From NCBI GenBank assembly GCA_043798715.1, contig JAZDOK010000004.1:114537-178536 (forward strand): a stretch of 64,000 nt of DNA, in the 5' to 3' direction. Positions 37,401 to 46,249 of the stretch are shown piece by piece. Below the pieces are notes generated by a model, which did not search any database, was not told the origin of the DNA, and saw nothing but the letters and a program-made list of their open reading frames with translations. Position 1 is the stretch's first letter, and every line of letters begins with the position of its first letter. This DNA comes from a bacterium. GTDB lineage: Bacteria > Vulcanimicrobiota > JAZDOK01. Position numbers and translations under genes: made by a program.

Positions 37401-38075
37401 GTGCCTGAGGCCTGGGGCTCGACCATTTTCAAAAAGGCCTGGAAGCAGGTTAAAACTCTCACTCTTCCACCCGGCTACCGCATCGAGATCGGCGGGGAAA
37501 TGGAGAAGCAGCAGGAAAACTTCCCCCCCATGGGCATGGCCATGCTGATGTCCATCGTCGGAATCTTCCTTTGCCTGGTGCTGCAGTTCAACAGCGCCGC
37601 CAAGCCCTTTATCGTATTTGCCGCCGTGCCCTTCGGTCTGGTGGGCGCCCTTGGAGGCCTTATTCTTACGCACATGCCCTTCGGCTTCATGGCCTTCCTG
37701 GGAATCGCCAGCCTGGTCGGGGTCATAGTTAGCCATATCATCGTGCTCTTCGACTACATCGAAGTCATGCACTCCGAGGGGAAACCCATCATTGAGGCGG
37801 TCATCGATGCGGGCCTGGCCCGTCTTCGCCCCGTTCTCATCACGGTGTGCGCGACGGTCTTCGCCCTCTTCCCGCTGGCGGCACACGGAGGACCCCTCTG
37901 GCAGCCCATGTGCTTTACTCAAATCGGCGGCCTGACCCTGGCCACCCTGGTCACCCTGGTGCTGGTGCCGACCATCTACTGCATCTTCGTCCTGGATCTC
38001 AAGATCGTGAAGTGGGAAACCGCCCCCGCGACGGAAGCGGAGGGTGCGCTACCGACGGGAAAGAAAGATTCCTGA
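34449..38075 (+). CDS. RND efflux permease (AcrB/HAE1-like), unusually long at 1208 aa
   Basis: 12-TM architecture with two large periplasmic loops and characteristic TM4/TM10 regions. Confidence 0.85.
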   Translation: MAHGKSDADYIKTTSNLARFCVNNPSVAIVFLLIAMGIGFLGYRSMPQRKDPDIPIRQAAVQVPWPGNTPMQIELQVTKKIEDICATNKNFKKIESTVQPGLSITYIELEDSIKDADKEFDDIGIKLINAAPSLPQGAGPIYYIKDFGDTAALMLTVASPPLSNVEIEARATPIVERINKTRAKRKIKSPGFPYTIVYCYPKNADMRLLQSTVGTFQIDAAVSGFARDIRLIQGEGFLGIDLLSTGSEQDVMAYLQNYMAHNLKLEEMNPDTWLPVVVQDPLQLKDRLSVAAPDRYTYREMDDFTRTIADGLRTVPLATSVGRKGALGEAIYLNYSQSRVAAYGFNPSKLPELLGARNITGASGTAQAEGQGILFQTAGQFKNQDEIGNMMIGQAQGSPVYLRDVVGITRSYNLPATYLNYLTWKNDAGAWHRNRAITISVQMKPGQKIHVLGKQIDDKLADLRRLVPSDLVIVRTSDQPRQVAENIELLNTALIEAVLLVVLVSLIGFWDWRSALLMALSIPLTLSMTYGCMSLLGLDLQQVSIASLIIALGLLVDNPVVAGDAIKVSMASGQPAKIAAWLGPTKLLKAITFATLTNIAAYVPLAFLPGDPGKFLYSLPLVVGSSLICSVIVAQAFVPTIGRFLLRPQKEASVEAMRTTGFTRYYYRFANFCVHHRWRVVGVSLVLLMLGLFLASSLPTQMFPDDEQYISTVDLYMPCNAGLMATNIKAKEVERAIGNIATKLGQDLTKRNKPDVHVIKTITTFVGGGGPRFWFSIQPEMSMLSYAQLIVECNDKHYTNTLVDRLMEQLPQQVAGVRIDVRKLQSGTSFKVPVQLYVSGSDNAWKPLVGLSNKIQQIYRADPQAMSIQDDWGEPIGTVNLEPDQDKANMVGITSLDVARSMALAVQGLPVGTVLEGQYSIPIIARLNSDERAQLSDLRNLYIYSSATGNKVLLSQVVKGNIDLSPYYIQRRNFHRCIKPGAFPVPEAWGSTIFKKAWKQVKTLTLPPGYRIEIGGEMEKQQENFPPMGMAMLMSIVGIFLCLVLQFNSAAKPFIVFAAVPFGLVGALGGLILTHMPFGFMAFLGIASLVGVIVSHIIVLFDYIEVMHSEGKPIIEAVIDAGLARLRPVLITVCATVFALFPLAAHGGPLWQPMCFTQIGGLTLATLVTLVLVPTIYCIFVLDLKIVKWETAPATEAEGALPTGKKDS

Positions 38076-38122
38076 ACTGACATAATCTTGCGTTATTAAA
38101 CGCTTACAAAGTTGATTGCGTG

Positions 38123-38150
38123 AAAGGCCAAGGTTATGCCTTGGCCTTTT
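38123..38150 (+). terminator. Rho-independent terminator after the RND operon
   Basis: aaaggccaagg-ttatg-ccttggccttt, a perfect 11-bp stem followed by TTTT. Confidence 0.6.
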
Positions 38151-38208
38151 AGCGCTCACCTCTTGACTTACCTTAAGGTAGGCTGTAAGATATATATGGA
38201 GGTATAAT

Positions 38209-38490
38209 ATGTTGGAATATATTTTGGGCGTTGAGGAGGCCAGAAAGAATCTGGGCGATTTGATCGTCCGTGTTGCCAGAAAAAAACAACCTGTTGTGAT
38301 CACCCGCCGGACGAAAGAAAAAGCGGTCCTTGTAAACTACGAAGAGTACAAGAAACTGGAAGAAATGGCGGAGTCGGTTGCGGCCAATGACGTTTCCCTG
38401 GCATTAAAAAGAATCAGACGTTCGGTGGCTGCTGAGGGATTATCGGTTGAGACGGTTGAAATGTCTATCCGCGAGGTTCGCGGCAGGTGA
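38209..38490 (+). CDS. Phd/YefM-family antitoxin
   Basis: N-terminus EARKNLGDLIVRVARKKQPVVITRRTKEKAVLVNYEEY; 4-bp overlap with the downstream PIN gene; a TTGACT-N17-TAAGAT promoter lies upstream. Confidence 0.7.
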   Translation: MLEYILGVEEARKNLGDLIVRVARKKQPVVITRRTKEKAVLVNYEEYKKLEEMAESVAANDVSLALKRIRRSVAAEGLSVETVEMSIREVRGR

Positions 38491-38894
38491 AAGTGGTCCT
38501 TGATACCAACACCCTGGTTTCAGCAATCGGCTGGTCGGGACCTCCCCAAAGAATTTTAAATGCGTGCTTGCAAGGAAAATTCGAGCTTTACATCAGCCAG
38601 GCTCTCCTGGAGGAATTTATCCGGGTCATTTCCCGACCGAAACTCAAGGTTATTGCGCAGCATCCGGATTTGCCCTTGATATTATCCTGGCTCTATCAGC
38701 CATCGCACATCGTTCGCCCCAAAACCGTTATCAATGCCATTAAGAAGGACCCCGCGGACAACAAAGTGCTTGAATGCGCCGTGGAAGCAGGCGCCGAGGT
38801 TATAGTTTCCGGCGACAAGCACCTTCTTGCCCTGGAGGAGTTTCAAGGGATCCAAATACTGACGCCCGCCGCTGCAACCAGATTGTTTTTATAG
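38487..38894 (+). CDS. PIN-domain toxin (TIGR00305-type)
   Basis: VLDTNTLVSAI..., and conserved acidic residues of the PIN fold. Confidence 0.7.
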   Translation: MKVVLDTNTLVSAIGWSGPPQRILNACLQGKFELYISQALLEEFIRVISRPKLKVIAQHPDLPLILSWLYQPSHIVRPKTVINAIKKDPADNKVLECAVEAGAEVIVSGDKHLLALEEFQGIQILTPAAATRLFL

Positions 38895-38967
38895 CCTCCG
38901 CACCTTATTTCCCCAGCAACCGATCACTAATTCCATACCCATGTCCCCTTCATTTTTCCCCCATATT

Positions 38968-40203
38968 CTACCACGATATATCCGGCCAATCACTCATTAA
39001 AAGTTGGCGAATCTGAGTGGCTGGGAAATCGTTATTATTTGCAATGCGCAAGGCCAGGTTCTGAATAAATTTCACGGAGACCGCAGGTTTTCCAAGAGCG
39101 GCGGCGGCGTCTCTCAGTGCGTCGACCGCTCTGACCAGAGTTGCCCACTCGATTTCGTAGCCGTATCCTTCAAGAAGCAGGTCCATGGCCCGCAAGGCCA
39201 CGGCGAACGAGAATTCGGGAGCGTCAAACCTGTTCTGATAAGCAGCCGTTATTAACGTGCCGGGGTTCAGTGTCCCATTTAAGGCGCACGTGTAAGCAAT
39301 ATCCATATGTCCGGCACTGCCGGCCGCTGCGAACCAGTTTCCGGGGTTGTCCGAATCGTCAATGAGATCCTGGAGGATGCGCCGGGTTTCGAGCTGCGGA
39401 TATTTTTTTACGATCGCACGATACTGGTTGAGATAGGTGTGGCCTACCCGGAGAAAGCGGCCATATTGCTTATAAGCCTGCTCCCAATGGCCCTCCTCTA
39501 TCAAGAGACGCTCGCAGAAACAGGTTATGGCCGTATCATCGTATCCCAGCGGGGAGCGGCAGTCTTCGGCGAAAGAAATAGCTTCTTCGATTTTCCCCTG
39601 GCGGCGCAGAGCTTCCGCCCAATAGTATTGCTCGGACCAATGTCGGTGGGAAGCTGATTTTAAAAGCGATTGGAGTTCATTATATCGTCCGGCTTCCAGC
39701 AGGCAGGAGAAGCACATGATGTTGTCCGGTGAATAGATGAACTTTCCGGAAAGCGAGGATAAGCTCGAGACCAACTCCAACAATCGGTCCGCCCACTCGC
39801 GGATCAGGTCCGGCTCTTTGCAAATTATCCCCCAAATCCGGCGCACCTGAAAAAGATAGTCAACGCCGTCATCCTGAACGGCCGAATAAAGCCTGTCAAT
39901 CCATTTGCGCCTGGTGGCCGTATCAGCCGGCGCCTGGACAAGGAGGGGAAGGAGTTTGTCAAGCGTGAGCCAGACGGCTGTCCCAAGTGCCCCCGAGGAG
40001 GAGTCCACCGCCTGAAGCGCCGGCCAGAGGCGTTCGCAAAGAGTCACGACGCCCTCCCCGGCACGAATAGGATCGGCCTTCGATGTTCGCTTGATCTCCG
40101 AAGTTGCCTCATTCAGCCTTTTACAGGCCAAAACAGACCCCCGCCACCCGAAGGCTCTGGTTCTTAAATATCGCTTAAACTGCCAAGCCGCTGACGTCGT
40201 CAT
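38968..40203 (-). CDS. Hypothetical 411-aa alpha-helical protein inside the toxin-antitoxin/defence island
   Basis: No recognisable motif; a possible TPR-like stretch (YYWAEALRRQGKIEEAISFAED). Confidence 0.4.
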   Translation of the reverse strand: MTTSAAWQFKRYLRTRAFGWRGSVLACKRLNEATSEIKRTSKADPIRAGEGVVTLCERLWPALQAVDSSSGALGTAVWLTLDKLLPLLVQAPADTATRRKWIDRLYSAVQDDGVDYLFQVRRIWGIICKEPDLIREWADRLLELVSSLSSLSGKFIYSPDNIMCFSCLLEAGRYNELQSLLKSASHRHWSEQYYWAEALRRQGKIEEAISFAEDCRSPLGYDDTAITCFCERLLIEEGHWEQAYKQYGRFLRVGHTYLNQYRAIVKKYPQLETRRILQDLIDDSDNPGNWFAAAGSAGHMDIAYTCALNGTLNPGTLITAAYQNRFDAPEFSFAVALRAMDLLLEGYGYEIEWATLVRAVDALRDAAAALGKPAVSVKFIQNLALRIANNNDFPATQIRQLLMSDWPDISW

Positions 40204-40342
40204 TATTTTTCAATTCTTTTAAATGATTTGAATTTGACCTGATAGCTTAAGGTCGTCCAGATTTCGGTTTCAAGACTCTTGACATTCTCTACATTCGTGT
40301 TGACGGAGAAATCAATTCCGATTCGGGGAAAAGAGGATACTG

Positions 40343-40398
40343 CCTTTTTAGCACGGCAGATTCTCATTCGGCGTAAAAGGCTCTGACCCCTTTATTCC
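40343..40398. repeat. Junction repeat, modules W-X (cctttttagcacggcagattctcattcggcgtaaaagg + ctctgacccctttattcc)
   Basis: Matches 44461-44515 with a few mismatches. Confidence 0.8.
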
Positions 40399-40450
40399 TG
40401 GCGAAACGAGGACGACGACAGGGCAGGAGCATCAGCGACAGCCTCAAATA

Positions 40451-40750
40451 TCAGGAGGCGCGTGGCAGCTTTCGGATGTCTTTTAATTCCTCTTCAATCC
40501 TCTGTTTTTCTTCATCCAGGTCGTAGTCGTTCTGGAGGCCGAGCCAGAACTGGGGGGAATTTCCGAAATAACAGCTGAATCTAAGAGCCGTATCTGCAGT
40601 AATTCTCCGCTTCTTTTTCAGAATCTCAGAAATTCTCGTCTGGGGTATTTTAGTTTCTTTCGCAAGGCGATAGGGTGTGATCCCGAGCGGTTTTAAGAAC
40701 TCCTCATCCAGTACCTCCCCCGGATGGATGTTTGCAAGTTTCAGCATCAT
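40451..40750 (-). CDS. higA: HigA-family antitoxin (XRE helix-turn-helix)
   Basis: IHPGEVLDEEFLKPLGITPYRLAKETKIPQTRISEI matches the HigA helix-turn-helix. Confidence 0.85.
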   Translation of the reverse strand: MMLKLANIHPGEVLDEEFLKPLGITPYRLAKETKIPQTRISEILKKKRRITADTALRFSCYFGNSPQFWLGLQNDYDLDEEKQRIEEELKDIRKLPRAS

Positions 40751-40765
40751 TTCACCTCTATTTCT

Positions 40766-41047
40766 CTAATGATAGTCAACGATTTCTACGTTATAACAAT
40801 TCCCGTTTTGCCATTCGAAACAAATCCTCCATCGGTCATTGATGCGGATGCTGTACTGTCCTTCCCGATCGCCTTTTAGCCTTTCAAGAAAATTCGAGGG
40901 CGGCACCCGCAAATCATTGAGCATATGGGAATTATTGAGCATCCTTAACTTTCTCCTGGCGATGGCCTGAATGTCAAAAGGCAATTTTCTCGAAGGGAGG
41001 CCATCCCATATTTTTCTGGTTTCTTTCGAGCGAAATGACTGAATCAC
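40766..41047 (-). CDS. higB: HigB toxin (RelE/ParE superfamily)
   Basis: FRSKETRKIWDG...NDRWRICFEW..G.CYNVEIVDYH; toxin-first HigBA gene order. Confidence 0.85.
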   Translation of the reverse strand: MIQSFRSKETRKIWDGLPSRKLPFDIQAIARRKLRMLNNSHMLNDLRVPPSNFLERLKGDREGQYSIRINDRWRICFEWQNGNCYNVEIVDYH

Positions 41048-41302
41048 AGCACTATAGTATCACATCGCGTTACTATTGTCAAAAAGCAGCAATCAAGGGG
41101 ATATGCCTACACAGAACTAAGTAAGATGTCCCCATAAATGTTAGGAGGATGACAGAATCCCTGGGTAATTAAGGTGACATATTCCCTGGGGAAGGACACC
41201 GGCACGAAGGAAAAGGAGAACCGGGCAAAAATCTTGAATTTTCCCTTGGAACAAGTTTTACGCGTTCCGTCTAATTATTATTAGACCACAGGGATGGGAT
41301 GA

Positions 41303-41618
<316 letters not shown>

Positions 41619-41646
<28 letters not shown>

Positions 41647-41712
41647 GCTTTGTCGTAAAGGGCTCTGACCCTTTTCCCCCTATTCTGTCAATTGTGTAGA
41701 CGTGACCCCTAT
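41619..41712. repeat. Junction repeat, modules Y-X-Z; module Y overlaps the 3' end of brnA
   Basis: Y = cagccgacgcacaggaacgcgcggctgagctttgtcgt (identical at 44517-44554). X = ctctgaccctttt. Z = tattctgtcaattgtgtagacgYgacccctat (also at 43040-43071 and 44585-44617). Confidence 0.85.
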
Positions 41713-41713
41713 G

Positions 41714-42976
41714 TCATAAGGCAAACCAGGGATAGACAATCGTTCCAGCTCTTTTAAAGGACGAATCCCCGCCATACACAAGAGCGGCCGGATCGTTGGA
41801 GCGGCTGGAGAGATTCCGCCAGTCATTCAATCCTTTGAAAAAGTCGCCCGCAATGGTCTGAGCTGATTTAACCTCCACCGGAGTCAGCCGGCCACCCTGT
41901 TCGACGAGGAGATCCACCTCCCGTCCGGATGTGTCACGCCAGAAACTCAGGGCAGGCAGCTCGCCCCGGTTCAAGAAGTTCTTGTAGAATTCGGATAAGA
42001 CGTAACTTTCAAAAATGCCGCCCTTCATCGCGTGATGGTGAAGCTCCTCCGGGAATCGAATCTGAAGAAGGAAGCACAAAAGACCGGTGTCCAGGAAATA
42101 AAGCTTCGGGCTTTTGATAAGGCGTTTCCCGAAGTTCTGGTGATGAGGTCTGAGAAGCACGATCAGAAAGCTGGCCTCCAGAACCGAAATCCAGCGTCTT
42201 GCGGTCGTATGCGTGATGCCGCAGTCTGAGGCCAGGGACGACAAATTTAACAGCTGGGCGTTCCGACCGGCACAGAGCCGGACAAATCGGCCGAAGGACT
42301 CCAGGTCGCCCATCTTCAAAACATTCCGGACGTCCCGCTCCAGGTAAGTCTGGTAATAATTTCCCAGCCAGTCCTGCGGGGGTAGCCTTTTGTCGTGAAT
42401 CCGTGGATAAAAACCTGTAAAAAGGACTTCTGCCAGTTTTTTTCCCGGTGCTCCGGTACCCTGATAAGTTTTTCTTCCCAGTTCCGAAAGAGTAAAAGGC
42501 TTATGACCGGACAGTTCGGCATGGGAAAACGGCAAAAGGTGCAGAACGGCACATCGTCCGGCCAGAGATTGGGAAATGCCCTGGAGAAGGAGAAAATTAT
42601 GCGAGCCTGTCAGGATGAATTGTCCCGCTTTATTCTGTTCATCCACCATGACTTGAATATAGGAAAACAAGTCCGGGACGCGCTGGGCTTCGTCCAGAAT
42701 AACCGGGCCTTCAAACTGCGAGAGAAACCCCCGGGGATCTTCCATAGCAAAAGCGCGTTGATCGGGAAGCTCTAGAGTTGAGTAGGCGTAATCTTTAAAT
42801 ACGGCTCTGACCAGGGTGGTTTTGCCCGATTGACGCGGCCCCGTGACTGTTACGACCGGATATCGGCCGGCGGCCTCCTTGAGTTTTTTCGCCAGGGTTC
42901 GAGGAATCATGGCCGTACCTCTTTTGCTATTTGAATATCCAATATTCAATTTACATGATATCTCGAATTTTGTCAA
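41714..42976 (-). CDS. AAA+ ATPase with a C-terminal DUF4143 domain (COG1373-type)
   Basis: Walker A GPRQSGKTT, Walker B VILDEAQ, and a C-terminal DUF4143-like region. Confidence 0.75.
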   Translation of the reverse strand: MTKFEISCKLNIGYSNSKRGTAMIPRTLAKKLKEAAGRYPVVTVTGPRQSGKTTLVRAVFKDYAYSTLELPDQRAFAMEDPRGFLSQFEGPVILDEAQRVPDLFSYIQVMVDEQNKAGQFILTGSHNFLLLQGISQSLAGRCAVLHLLPFSHAELSGHKPFTLSELGRKTYQGTGAPGKKLAEVLFTGFYPRIHDKRLPPQDWLGNYYQTYLERDVRNVLKMGDLESFGRFVRLCAGRNAQLLNLSSLASDCGITHTTARRWISVLEASFLIVLLRPHHQNFGKRLIKSPKLYFLDTGLLCFLLQIRFPEELHHHAMKGGIFESYVLSEFYKNFLNRGELPALSFWRDTSGREVDLLVEQGGRLTPVEVKSAQTIAGDFFKGLNDWRNLSSRSNDPAALVYGGDSSFKRAGTIVYPWFAL

Positions 42977-42999
42977 CCGATGGAGGCAGACTTCTCCTC

Positions 43000-43093
43000 A
43001 AGGGCAGCCTGCCCCCTTTATTCTCGGCATCTTTTCCCCTATTCTGTCAATTGTGTAGACGCGACCCCTATATCCTTCGACCCCTATATCCTT
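43000..43093. repeat. Junction repeat, diverged X plus Z, followed by a tandem 16-bp duplication (cgacccctatatcctt, twice)
   Basis: Module Z lies at 43040-43071; the 16-mer copies are at 43062-43077 and 43078-43093. Confidence 0.8.
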
Positions 43094-43361
43094 GCCTCCA
43101 GGAAAATGATTGTTTCTTTCCCGGATAGATCCGACATAAAAAGTATTTTTCCTACTGAATTGGAAAACTATTTTCTGACAGCCTGTGCCCCCAATGTCAC
43201 CCGTTCGCCCTGAGCCTGTCGAAGGGCAAGACCCATCCGTTCATGGTTCGACAAGCTCACCACGAACGGAAACGAAGCGAGAAGGAGAAAGGAGACGCTT
43301 GTTTTTTTCAGGGAATTCGTGACTGGCACAAATTATTCAATTTCCATTTTCGGACAGCCTG

Positions 43362-44348
43362 TCAAGGCTTGTCCTTCGTTGGCGGCGGCAATTGCTTGAC
43401 GGCGCGGTCGAAGTCGGATTCGAGGTGCCGATCCTCGATATTGCGAAACTCGACGAACTCGCGTTCCGAGTGGGTTCGGGCCAACTCGGCCGACACTTTA
43501 CCGGCGTTCTGTAATATTTCCCGGTCGTTCAATGTCAAAAAACCCTCCAGCTTCGTGATCCAATCGTTCATCGTCATGGCTATCCGACGCTCGGCCTGGG
43601 ACTCGGCAAAGATGAGATACTGTTCGACGAGGTTATTGAGCGCACGCAGCTCTTCTTCATTTAAATAGTTTTTTGCAATGGCGACGTCCGATTTGCGGAT
43701 ACGCGCCCCCTCCCAGTTAGTGAGACCCATGTTCGGCATTCTGCTGTCAGCGCGGAACAAGATAACCTCGACGGCGGTCTGGCCGTGAATAGCGTAATGC
43801 ACCTTGTTTTGCACCGTAGCGAAGAACTCCTGGGTGAGCGGGTGGTCCTTGTCGTAGTCTATGCTCGTGGCGTAGATGTCTGTGATTTTCTGGTAAAAAC
43901 GCCGCTCGCTCGTGCGGATATCCTGGATGCGCCGGGTGAGCTCCTCGAAGTAGTCGTTTCCTGCTTTCGGGTTTTTCAGACGCTCGTCATCCAGCACAAA
44001 GCCCTTGATGATGTACTCTTTAAGCTTGTCTGCGGCCCACTGACGGAAGCGCACGGCCACCGGGCTACGCACCCTGAAACCCAGGGCCAGGACCATGTCG
44101 AGGTTGTAATGAGCCACCTCGTACTGTTTACCGTCTGCGGCAGTTGTTCGGAAAAACCGAACAACTGAATCTTCCTCCAGTTCTTCGTCCTCAAAGATGT
44201 GTTTGATGTGTTCACTGATGGTGCCCTTGGCCTTGCCGAACAACTCCACGAGCTGCTTCTGGTTGAGCCAGATGTTCCGGTCTTCGAGGCGAACGTCGAG
44301 TTTCGTGCGGCCGTCCTCGCTCTGGTAGATGAGAATCTGGTTCATCAC
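43362..44348 (-). CDS. RhuM-family protein (virulence/defence-associated, DNA-binding)
   Basis: N-terminus IYQSEDGRTKLDVRLEDRNIWLNQKQLVELFGK...VRFRQWA; overall pattern like rhuM. Confidence 0.7.
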   Translation of the reverse strand: MMNQILIYQSEDGRTKLDVRLEDRNIWLNQKQLVELFGKAKGTISEHIKHIFEDEELEEDSVVRFFRTTAADGKQYEVAHYNLDMVLALGFRVRSPVAVRFRQWAADKLKEYIIKGFVLDDERLKNPKAGNDYFEELTRRIQDIRTSERRFYQKITDIYATSIDYDKDHPLTQEFFATVQNKVHYAIHGQTAVEVILFRADSRMPNMGLTNWEGARIRKSDVAIAKNYLNEEELRALNNLVEQYLIFAESQAERRIAMTMNDWITKLEGFLTLNDREILQNAGKVSAELARTHSEREFVEFRNIEDRHLESDFDRAVKQLPPPTKDKP

Positions 44349-44460
44349 AGGCTCCTCACGTTTAGTAGCCCGTGCTGGCTGAGGATGGCGGCAAGGTTGG
44401 TCTTGGCGACATCATCGGCAAAGGCGCTGTCACGGAAGACGCAAGAGAAAAGAGGACAGA

Positions 44461-44617
44461 GCCTTTTTAAGCACGGCAGATTCTAATTCGTCGTAAAGGG
44501 CACTGTCCCCTTTATCCCAGCCGACGCACAGGAACGCGCGGCTGAGCTTTGTCGTTCGTCGTAAGGGGCTCTGACCCTTTTATCCTTATTCTGTCAATTG
44601 TGTAGACGCGACCCCTA
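44461..44617. repeat. Most complete junction repeat: modules W-X-Y-(tail of W)-X-Z
   Basis: Contains a copy of the 3' end of brnA (module Y) detached from any brnA gene. Confidence 0.85.
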
Positions 44618-44744
44618 TGACCTTGAATTTTCCCTCCCAGATCATCTCCTTAAAAAAAACATGAAGTCGAGCATCCCGACTGATTGTACCACACCCACTG
44701 TGACAAAGACTGTCATTGTGATTTCAGATGACGATTTTTTTATA

Positions 44745-44784
44745 TAATCCCCGGCATAAACCTGATTGCCTCGCCCATTGCCAA
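44745..44784. repeat. Left imperfect direct repeat flanking the NERD cassette
   Basis: aatccccggcataaacctgattgcctcgcccattgccaag, compared with 45784-45833 aatccccggcatcgacctgatttaccctcccccttgccag. Confidence 0.75.
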
Positions 44785-44965
44785 GGAAGTCCAATTGAAG
44801 CCCCTCTACTGTCACCAATAGAAAATCATCTCAATTTCGCCGTTTTCCCCTGCATGCAAGAAAAAAGACCTGTCACAGACCGCCTTTCCCCCGCCAAAAA
44901 GGTGTGGCGGCCACTTTTGTATAATTGAAACCAATAAAAATTTTTCCAAAAAACGGAGTGAGTGT

Positions 44966-45766
44966 ATGCAAGAGGCTAAAAAAAGAACAGGTAAAAAATC
45001 TCCCATAAAAAAAGCACCTCTTCGTCTTCCCGGACAGTTCTTGGATGAGAAGATAAAAGATATAAAGTATGACATGCTATGGAATGTCTTTGTGTGCCTT
45101 ATGTATTTAACTTCGCTTGTAATCGCATGGCTGTTCTACTTGTTCCCAAAGACATTTTTGTTGCCTCTTTTACTTCTACTGACCCTTGTTTCTGTACTTG
45201 TTTTTATTTTCTATGGGACAAGAATTTCTAAACAATGGAAGGAAATAGACAACCACAAGCTCGGCCGCGTCGGGGAAATAGAAGTCGGGCAGACCTTGGA
45301 AAAATTACGAGAGCAGGGCTGCCGGATCTTTCACGACATTCAGATGGGAAATTATAATATCGATCATGTCGTTTTATCTACTAAGGGGGTTTTCGTGATT
45401 GAGACGAAGACGCGAAGAAAACCGGCAGAAGGCCGCACTGAGATTGTTTATGAGGGTGATTTGATTAGAATAAACGGTTCGCCGAATAAAACTGACATTG
45501 AGCAGGCAAAAAGTCAGGCCTGCGGTTTTCATAAATTTTTCAAGCTAATTACAGGGAATTCTTATTTTGTAAGGCCTGTTATTGTGTATCCTGGTTGGTA
45601 TGTGACTTCTTCTTTTGATCCCGAGAAAAGCGATATGTGGGTGCTAAACCCCGATCAACTCAGTCAAAAGATCGCAGCTCAACCTGAAGTCATCAAACCC
45701 AAGGAACTGGAGACTATTGCAAATCAATTGGAATACCATATACGCGAAAAATCTGATTTAAAGTAG
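44966..45766 (+). CDS. NERD-domain (nuclease-related) protein with N-terminal TM helices
   Basis: GRVGEIEVGQTLEKLREQGCRIFHDIQMGNYNIDHVVLSTKGVFVIETKT is the NERD core. GC content is about 38% against roughly 60% for the surrounding genome. Confidence 0.75.
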   Translation: MQEAKKRTGKKSPIKKAPLRLPGQFLDEKIKDIKYDMLWNVFVCLMYLTSLVIAWLFYLFPKTFLLPLLLLLTLVSVLVFIFYGTRISKQWKEIDNHKLGRVGEIEVGQTLEKLREQGCRIFHDIQMGNYNIDHVVLSTKGVFVIETKTRRKPAEGRTEIVYEGDLIRINGSPNKTDIEQAKSQACGFHKFFKLITGNSYFVRPVIVYPGWYVTSSFDPEKSDMWVLNPDQLSQKIAAQPEVIKPKELETIANQLEYHIREKSDLK

Positions 45767-45783
45767 ATACATTTTTTAAATAA

Positions 45784-45833
45784 AATCCCCGGCATCGACC
45801 TGATTTACCCTCCCCCTTGCCAGAACAGGAGTA
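45784..45833. repeat. Right imperfect direct repeat flanking the NERD cassette
   Basis: See 44745-44784. Confidence 0.75.
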
Positions 45834-46042
45834 TCGACGGGAGAGGTTGTGAGCCACAGAGCGAAAGCGCTGGATCGAAGAAGGTTAAAGTGAAGGCTTC
45901 GTAGAGATAACGGCTCTGGGTAGAGCAGACCTTTAGGTCTGCAAAACTAGCTTCATGCCCCCGCACAGTCATCGTCCTAATCATGGCGTCCACCGGTACT
46001 TTTTCATCCGGCTTCTCGGCTTTTCAGGGAAGTTCGAACCCT

Positions 46043-46249
46043 TTATTTCAAGACCTCCCACCGCCCGCCCTTGTCGGGGCCGATTCGTTTCAAGCAGCCG
46101 TGCATCTTGCACATGGCGATGACACGGTTTGTCCCACGGCCCCAGACCTCCACCGCTCCGGCACGGTGGAAGAGGTCGGCTGTAGTGGGGTTTCGCAGAA
46201 GGTCTGTAAGTTGCCTTGATTCAGTGAAATTTCGCATGTTATTCCCCAT
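46043..46249 (-). pseudogene. C-terminal fragment of an AlbA_2/HATPase_c_4-type putative transcriptional regulator
   Basis: ADLFHRAGAVEVWGRGTNRVIAMCKMHG resembles the conserved C-terminus FRRxGLIERWGSGIxRI of that family; the ORF is only 68 aa. Confidence 0.4.

Noticed and set aside
43243-43668. 141-aa ORF in the gap between the X'/Z junction and the RhuM gene
   Set aside because: No RBS, and an arbitrary composition. The region is better explained as junction sequence plus the rhuM 3' end.
46020-46045. tRNA-like T-arm string gggaagttcgaaccc, a possible tRNA fragment at the island edge
   Set aside because: I could not fold it into a consistent T-stem/acceptor arrangement on either strand, and there is no matching D-arm or anticodon arm. 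It is more likely a short palindrome than a tRNA remnant.
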